NCBI RefSeq assembly: GCF_009914755.1
Contig: NC_060927.1
DNA: 64,000 bases
Direction: 5' to 3' (one strand)
From: the human T2T-CHM13v2.0 reference genome, Homo sapiens
Position numbers and translations under genes: made by a program. Positions 53,624 to 64,000 of this stretch are shown one piece after another (position 1 is the stretch's first letter; each line of letters begins with the position of its first letter). Under the pieces are notes generated by a model. It searched no databases, was not told the origin of the DNA, and worked only from the letters and a program-made list of their open reading frames with translations.

Positions 53624-53642
53624 ACATTTTCCTTACTTACTA

Positions 53643-54020
<378 letters not shown>

Positions 54021-54403
54021 CTACAGATGAACTCTTGTTTTTTACATACTATTGGTGATTTCTCTGTCTCTAATTGTAAAATAGAATCAATAGATTTATA
54101 GGGGAAATGACCCATAATTTAAAGAGAATCCAAACTGTATACATTAAAATGTTTGAAGACCAGTAACACTGAAGTTCATTCACTTCAAAGCTGAACACTC
54201 AAATGCATCCCTTCTCCCTTGGCTCCAGTGTGACAGCCTAAGGACTGTCTCCCTTCCCCAACACCCAAGGAACCCACCTTGACAATTAAATCATATGGCC
54301 TTCTAATGACTAAGGCCATGTGCTGCCAAGACTTTGCAACATTTTAACAAATGAAATTCACTGCCTGGGTTGTACCAAATTGTGCTGAATTGCCAGTTTC
54401 TGA

Positions 54404-54451
54404 AGTTTCAATTTAATTTGAATCTCCAGTTTCAACTTAATTTGAATCTCC
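54404..54451 (+). repeat. 24-bp tandem duplication
   Basis: agtttcaa(t/c)ttaatttgaatctcc twice. Confidence 0.9.
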
Positions 54452-54487
54452 CGGCTAAAATGATTTTGTTAGAATAAACAAGATAAA

Positions 54488-54783
54488 CCGGGTGTGGTGG
54501 TTCACACCTGTAATCTCAGCACTTTGGGAGGTCAAGATGGGTGGATCACTTGAGGTCAGGAGTTTGAGGCCAGCCTGGCCAACATGGTGAAACCCCGTGT
54601 CTACTAAAAATACAGAAATTAGCCAGGCATGGTGGCACATGACTGTAGTCCCAGCTACTCTAGAAGCTGACGCACAAGAATCGCTTGAACCCAGGAGGCA
54701 AAGTTGCAGTGAACCGAGATCACGCCACTGCACTACAGCCTAGGTGACAGAAAGACTCCGTCTCCAAAAAAAAAAAAAAAAAA
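54488..54783 (+). mobile_element. Alu (AluS)
   Basis: TSD agaataaacaagata. Confidence 0.94.
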
Positions 54784-55019
54784 GAATAAACAAGATATGC
54801 TAATACAACCGTGTATAACCCTGTAAAACCCATTAGGATTCCTGGGAACGAAACAGTTGTTGTTTTAATACGTATATTTCTATTTAGCCAAATTAAAATA
54901 TCTCAGAGCTTAAAGACAAGGCATGAATTAAATTAATAAAATCATAAATAGTTTCAATAACAAAATATTATTTTATTTTATTTCTGTTTTTTTCTCCACA
55001 GAGTAAGTTCAACAAAATA

Positions 55020-55312
55020 TTATTTTATTTTATTTATTTATTTTTGAGATGGAGTTTCACTCTTATTGCCCAGGCTGAAGTCCAATGGCACGATCTCGGC
55101 TCACTGAAACCTCCACCTCCCGGGTTCAAGTGATTCTCCCATCTCAGCTGGGATTACAGTCACCTGCCATCATGCCCTGCCAATTTTTATTAGTGCAGAC
55201 GGGGTTTCACTATGTTGGCCAGGCTGGTTTTGAACTCCTGACCTCAGGTGATTCACCCACCTCGGCCTCCCAGAGTGCTGGGATTACAGGCGTGAGCCAC
55301 CGCACCTGGCCT
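55020..55312 (-). mobile_element. Alu (AluSq-like)
   Basis: TSD tcaac(a/t)aaatattatttt. Confidence 0.92.
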
Positions 55313-57278
55313 CAACTAAATATTATTTTAAAGTGTCCAAAAAAAAAGTCAGAAATCCAGATTCTATACCTGCTTCAGTCAGTAATTGGCCATGTGACCT
55401 CCAGCAGATAACAATCCCTCAGGCTTTCAATTTCCACAATAGAAAACAAAGAGCATATAATTAAATGTACAGAATATTAGGGACAGGAAGACTGTAATAA
55501 AAATCTAGTGGTTCCCAACTTGGAGTTCTTGGGTCAGCCAAGTTAATGATGCTTTTTCAATGGATAACAATGAGCTATTTTCCCTACAGGGGTTTCTCCA
55601 GTGGCCCCCTTGCAAAAGGTACCAGGTTGCCGAGGGAAGAAAGGAATCTTAATATGAAAGCAAAAAAAATCACTCACAAACTAACCACTTACCAAAAAAC
55701 AACCCCACCCCATTTCCAGATTCACACTAGATTCAGACTTTTTGGTTTCAGTGTCTTTGTTCTTTTTGGCAGTCACCTGATGCTTTCAGTCTTTCAACTA
55801 CATAATGCAAATACAGCACAAAAATCAACTGCAAATTGAAATCAAGGATCCTGGGCAACAATGATAGGCCTACATAATTGGATTAAGGGAACCTTTGAAT
55901 CCTGCCTATTTTGTGCTGCTCCCCCTACCTGCTAAGTAATCCTCCTCTGTGAATTTGCAGAGAAAGTTAAATGTGAGGAGAAGGTTTGTGGGAAAAATTA
56001 CACCAAAATAAAACAAAACGACATTCTTGTTACTCTTGTTATAGTTCTATGTAGCCTTTAGGTACAGATATACCCTTAGCTGCAAGCCTAACCAAGTAAA
56101 CTTATTTTCATAATTTTAAGCTTTCAAGGCAGTGACCCTTGTTTTGCATTAACTCACTTTAAGTGGCCCTTTTCTGGAACCAATTATCCTCACATAATCA
56201 GCACTGCCTATATTTTAAAATGCCTGATGGAAATAATAAATTTAACCACAGTCAATCTCCACAGGTGAACTAAAGTATCAAATTTCTTTGGCTTTGGCCA
56301 ACAGTATATGCACCAGGTGTGGTACTCCAAGATATCTTACTCTGATCAGAGGTAATGATTAATATGTTTCATTAACTAAAATCTGAGAAAGGCTTTATTA
56401 GTCATTAGATGCAATTTGGTTAGCAAAATTTTTAAAATATAGGACCCATGGTGAGTGAATAATAAAAATGCTCTTTAATATGAATTGATTGGGATTTGAC
56501 AAAATGCCCCAACCTTTAAATTTCAGAGAAGCAGAAACTGAGGCCAAATGAGGTTGCAACTTTTCAAAATCCCCATCCAACTCTGAATTTTTATTTGTCT
56601 AGTCAATCTATGCCACATTCCTAAGCCCTCCATACATTACAAGGTTTAATAAATCTCACTGGTGATGAATATATTCAACCTCAATTCCTAGTGGTTCAAG
56701 TAAAATCCATTTCCTCTGTAGGTAAATTCCATTCCATCGTACCTTAGGAAAGTCACTGATTCATTAAAACAATCCCATGGCTTCTGTTATAATGGGCTAT
56801 GTTCAGGCTTGGTTACCTTAACTCAGTGATCTCTGCTAGTAAAACACACTTTTAAAAACATTTGCAACACATGCATTAAATTCCCTTCATAGAACATGTG
56901 GCTTTAAATAATGAGGAAAAAAAGAAAAGAGTTTGGCAAAAGCATTTTGTTTTCTGCCAAACCCAGTATGCTGGGTAAAATAGTTTATGAAATTTAACTA
57001 AGGCTAAAGCACTGGTTCCTGCTTTTCTCTCTGAATTATTTGTCCTCCTTGAAGACAAAGCCTTTCTTAATTTATATTTAGATTCTCAAGGATGCTTTCT
57101 GTAGTTTCTTTCCATTTTCCAGGAAGATGAAAAAGAATCTTAATTGAAACCTAAAAATAAGTAAAATATTCACTTAAATGATTTCATATTTATTATTGTT
57201 AAGGGTCTATTTGAAACTGCCAGATGATTAATATATTGTTTTTTTCTGAGTCATCTTAATATATCCACAGAAAACTAA

Positions 57279-57666
<388 letters not shown>

Positions 57667-57908
57667 GAACTCAGTCACTTGGATTAGACACAACTCTTGA
57701 ATTCTATCTGACCCCGAAGGCCTTGGATGGATGGGAAAGACTGGCTCCTCCCCAACAAATAAGCTACCTACCGTCTTATAATGAAAGCAAACCTCCAGCC
57801 CAATTTTGCCATACAAACAGACATTTATTTAACAAGCACTTACTAACAAGCAGGCTGAAAAACAGTTCTTACGACCTGTTCTGTGAAACTTGACAACATG
57901 CCAGCTCT

Positions 57909-58028
57909 GTTTTTTGTTTTTTTTTTGAGATGGAGTCTTGCTCTGTCGCCCAGGCTGGAGTGCAGTGGCGCAATCTCCGCTCACTGCAAGCTCGGCCTCC
58001 TGGGTTCACGCTATTCTCCTGCCTCAGC
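57909..58028 (-). mobile_element. 5'-truncated AluY
   Basis: gcaagctc...gggttcacgc diagnostics; TSD ctctgttttt. Confidence 0.9.
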
Positions 58029-59203
58029 TCTCTGTTTTTGGGTATTCTGCATGAAAGTTTACTGGACATAGATAAAACAATAATCTACAGGCAAGATTTT
58101 GTGCTCCCCAGTTTGTCTTGGACAGTCAGTAATCCTCAGAATCAAAGAATAGACACAGAATTGTCTAGGGGTCCAGTCTTAGGTTGCTTCCATACTGCAC
58201 AGGTTTTAGGCCTTACTGGATTCATGTAAGGGTAGAAAATGTATCCAAAATACTTTAGCAATCCATGAATACATTTAAAGTCACCAATGACTTTACATTT
58301 TCTAACATTCATTATGTCTATAAATAAACCATGAATTTCCCCCAGATAAAAACCACTTCTGACATTTCATATGCTAATTAGTCAAGTCTCAGGTATTGAG
58401 ATGCAGATAGCTGAAGCATTTGTATTAGTTAACTCCAAAAAGTGGCATTTTCTGATCAATTGCTTGTTGACCATCTCTGGAATCTCCACAAAAGCCACTG
58501 ACTGCCCCTTGTTTTGAAGCTGAAACTAACAGTAATGAACACATTCATGATATTATACTGTCTATGCTGGAGCATTTAAAAATAGATTACAAACATCATA
58601 ACCAAGGCTGCTTTATTATTTGCCATTTTGAGATAGCATTATAGCAGTTACCAGTGAAATAACAAAAGGAAATTCTGTTTAGAATCCTTTTTGATTGCAT
58701 TTACATTTATTGCATGTTTTCTTAGTTTGGAGAGTTAACTTTTATTTCTCAATATATGTCATTTTATCATCAACCTTTATCAGTATGAATTGGTAAATAA
58801 ATGGTAGAAGACTTAAGTAGTTAATAGGCTGCTATGTTGAACTTGAAGTTAATTATATTTTCCTTTAATTTTTGCTGATTTAAAGCACTCACAGATAGAG
58901 ATGGTCCTTTAAACAAGACGGTCTTTAAAGGAAAAAGAATGTTACTGTGCTTTACTTTCCCTTTTTAATGCTAGTTGCTAAGCATTAGAATTGTGAAAAC
59001 TATTTTTAAATGTAAAAGCACTTTCATTATCTTCCTCTTTTAAATTCATATGTACACAGAGGCATCTACTGAAACAGTGAACAGGATTTGACACTGAGTC
59101 AGGAGAAATAATCATTATGGCCAATCTTCTAAAGACGTGTATTTCAAACTGGCATTCCAGAAAAACTAGGAGAGCCAGATAGGAATGATTTAAATGCTAT
59201 TGT

Positions 59204-59497
59204 TGGCCAGCAGTTATTCACTCCTGTAATCCCAGCACTTTAGGAGGCTGAGGCAAGAGGATGACTTGAGACTAGGAGTTCAAGACCAGCCTGGGCACCA
59301 CAATGAGACCCTGTCTTTACAAAAAATAAAAATATTAGCCAGGTGTGGTGGCACATGCCTGTAGTCCCAGCTGCTTGGGAGGATTTCTTGAGGCCAAGAT
59401 TTCAAGTTTACAGTGAGCTATGATTGTGCCACTGTACTTCAACCTGGGCAACAGAGTGATCTCTAAATAAATCTCTAAATAAATAAACAAATAATAA
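59204..59497 (+). mobile_element. Alu (AluJ-like)
   Basis: TSD aaatg(c/t)tattgt. Confidence 0.9.
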
Positions 59498-59829
59498 ATG
59501 TTATTGTCCATTAAGTCTACAGCGTTAGGGGAAGTAAACTGACATTTGCAAAGTCATTATGTGTCAAGCACTGTTTGAAGTACTTTATATGCACTTTTTA
59601 ATAAATACATTCACAATAATCCTATTAGGGATGGAAAGAGTTTGTAATTGTTAGAAGAACAAGTCATGAAGAAAGACCTCAGTTCCAGTCTTAGCCCTAC
59701 CATGCTATCTCTGAGATCATTGCCAAATTATTTTATTTCTCTCAGCCACAGTTTCATCATCGGTAAATAATACTATTTATCTCATGGGGCTGGAGTGTGT
59801 ATATATATGTGTGTGTTAATGGCTGGCTA

Positions 59830-60964
<1,135 letters not shown>

Positions 60965-61039
60965 CTGGCATATAGTCATCACTAAAAAATAGTGTTTGTT
61001 TTCTTATTGTTAATGAATTACTATTTTTAATAAAGAAAT

Positions 61040-62109
61040 ATGTTAAAAAAGGAATTGTGTCCCCCGAAATTCATATTGAAGCCCCATAACCCCTGTACCT
61101 CAGAATGTGACTGCATTTGGACACAAGGCTTTTAAATAGGTGATGAAGTTAAAATGAGGCTGTTAGGGTGGGCCCTAATCCAATCTGACTGGAGTCCTTT
61201 TAAGAAGAGGAAATTTGGACACAGATGAAGCCGCCTTTGCAAAAATAATAACAGTGAGACAATTAGACAGTGAAAGGGAGCTTACCTAACTACTCCATCT
61301 TGCTTCTAACCTGCAAGCTCCCCTTGTTATTCCTGGGCGTAGGCCAAACTAACTTTGGGAGGAACTTAGTTTATAGTTTAACTTGAAACAAAAGATAATA
61401 ACAGCCCTTTCCCGAACCAAACCCCCTTCTTGCCGGAGACCAGATTGCCTTTTGTTAAACTAACAAATTAGTCATAAGATTAGAAATTATGGCTCAGGAA
61501 TCATTCAGCCAGAGGCCACAAGATTACTAACCTATCGAATTGCTCGTATAGGTCACATTAGTATTATAAAATCTAAGAATGGTGTTTGAGGTATTTTTTA
61601 CACCTTGCACTGGGTGGATCAGCTGGCGCCACCCAGATAGAAAAACTAGCTCATCTGGTCTTGTGGCCTCCACACAGGAACCCACTCAGTGCTAGACGAC
61701 AGCTTCAACTCCCCATAATTTCATCTCTGACCTGACCCCACTCCTTGGCCCCCTTCCCACCAAATTATCCTTAAAAAAACCCAGTCCTGAATTTTCAGGG
61801 AGGCTGATTTGAGTAATAATAAAACTCCAGTCTCCTGTTCAATGGGCTCTGCATGAGTTAAACTCTTTCTCTATTGTAATTCCCCTGCCTTAATAAATAG
61901 GCTCCATCTGGGCACCAGGAAAAATGAATGCCTTGGGTGGTTATGCAGAGAGACAGACAGAGGAAAGACCAGGTGACCTCAGGAGAAACCAAACCTGCCA
62001 ACACCTTGATCTTGGACTTTCAGCCTCCAGACTGTGAGAAAATAAATATCTGTTGTTTAAGCCACCTAGTCTGTGCTATTTGTTATGGCAGCCTTAGCCA
62101 ACAAATACA
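61040..62109 (+). mobile_element. MLT1A-like MaLR LTR interrupted by an LTR8-like LTR
   Basis: aattgtgtcccccgaaattcatattgaag...gggccctaatccaatctgactgg ... acaccttgatcttggactttcagcctccagactgtgagaaaataaa. Confidence 0.88.
61226..61945 (+). mobile_element. LTR8-family (ERV1) solo LTR
   Basis: tgaagccgcctttgcaaaaataataacagtgag...gatttgagtaataataaaactccagtctcc; 4-bp TSD caga at 61222-61225 and 61946-61949. Confidence 0.85.
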
Positions 62110-62689
62110 AAATATAAACATAATTTTCTATGTATTGGTACTGCCATCAATTTAATTAAATACTTTTAAAAGAAAATATTTCATTCTCAAACAATGCCAA
62201 TGTAGAAGTTAATGTGAATTATCCTGAAAAAAATAATAATATTTTCCAAGTGGTGGCACAACAAATGGGATACATTTTAAGGATCCCTTGTAAAGTTTAT
62301 ATATACAGAAAAGGGACAAGTGAAATTTAGTATTGGTAGCATTTATTTATTTATCATGTATGTATTTATCAGGAATCCATTGTGCCTTCTGTGCTGTGCT
62401 CAGGTGACAGATTAATTTAACACTATTCCTCCCCTTAAAGAGCTCACAAACAATAAATCATGCACTTTTATAAAAACATTCCAAACTGCTCAAAGAGGTG
62501 GTGAGTTTTGAGTTTTCTTATTTCCCAGAGGGATAGGGGAAGGAACCTGAGGAATCTGCAGAGGCTGTTCTATGAAGACATTGATCTTATGGCCTAGTTG
62601 GGTTCACAAAGGGCCATAGAATTCTACTATTACTAATTGTAGCATTAGAAATAAAATAGGAAAACATACCCTTATAAAGAGCTATAGAA

Positions 62690-63770
<1,081 letters not shown>

Positions 63771-64000
63771 ATAGAGTACAGCTCAGGTAGAGTTACAAAG
63801 GCATGGCAATGATTGAAAAATATCAGTACCATCTACTCTGGAAAGGTAAACGCTGAAGTAGGATATAAAGTCTTCGTGTATTTAAAGTGATCTTAGTGTG
63901 AGTGTGGACTCTGAACTCTGTTCACACAATTGCAGTGTACTAGGATTCAGAGAAGCACTTCTTAGAAGTGGTAGTTTTAAGACAAATAAAAATGACTAAT

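Noticed and set aside
56288-56301. TTGGC...GCCAA as an NFI site
   Set aside because: Spacer is 4 nt, whereas the NFI consensus needs 5.

Overview
Primate (human-like) non-coding genomic DNA with roughly 60 Alu elements (several nested), old L1/L2/MIR fragments, solo LTRs (THE1, MLT1, MER21, MER34-like, LTR8-like) and DNA-transposon relics. No intact protein-coding exon or CpG island is recognisable, and most ORFs in the track are translated Alu/L1 sequence. The one gene-derived feature is a near full-length, disabled HMGN2 processed pseudogene (31736-32946, +) with a poly(A) tail and 15-bp target-site duplication. The most unusual structures are local templated rearrangements: an Alu carrying a 46-bp patch copied from a nearby MIR and then duplicated in inverted orientation (22107-23173), a 217-bp fold-back inside an old L1 (2209-2425), and a G-rich purine tract bracketed by a 26-bp direct repeat (20197-20559). 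Several motif-dense unique segments are candidate regulatory elements. I see no support for a new gene system. Repeat subfamily names and boundaries are by-eye calls and approximate.
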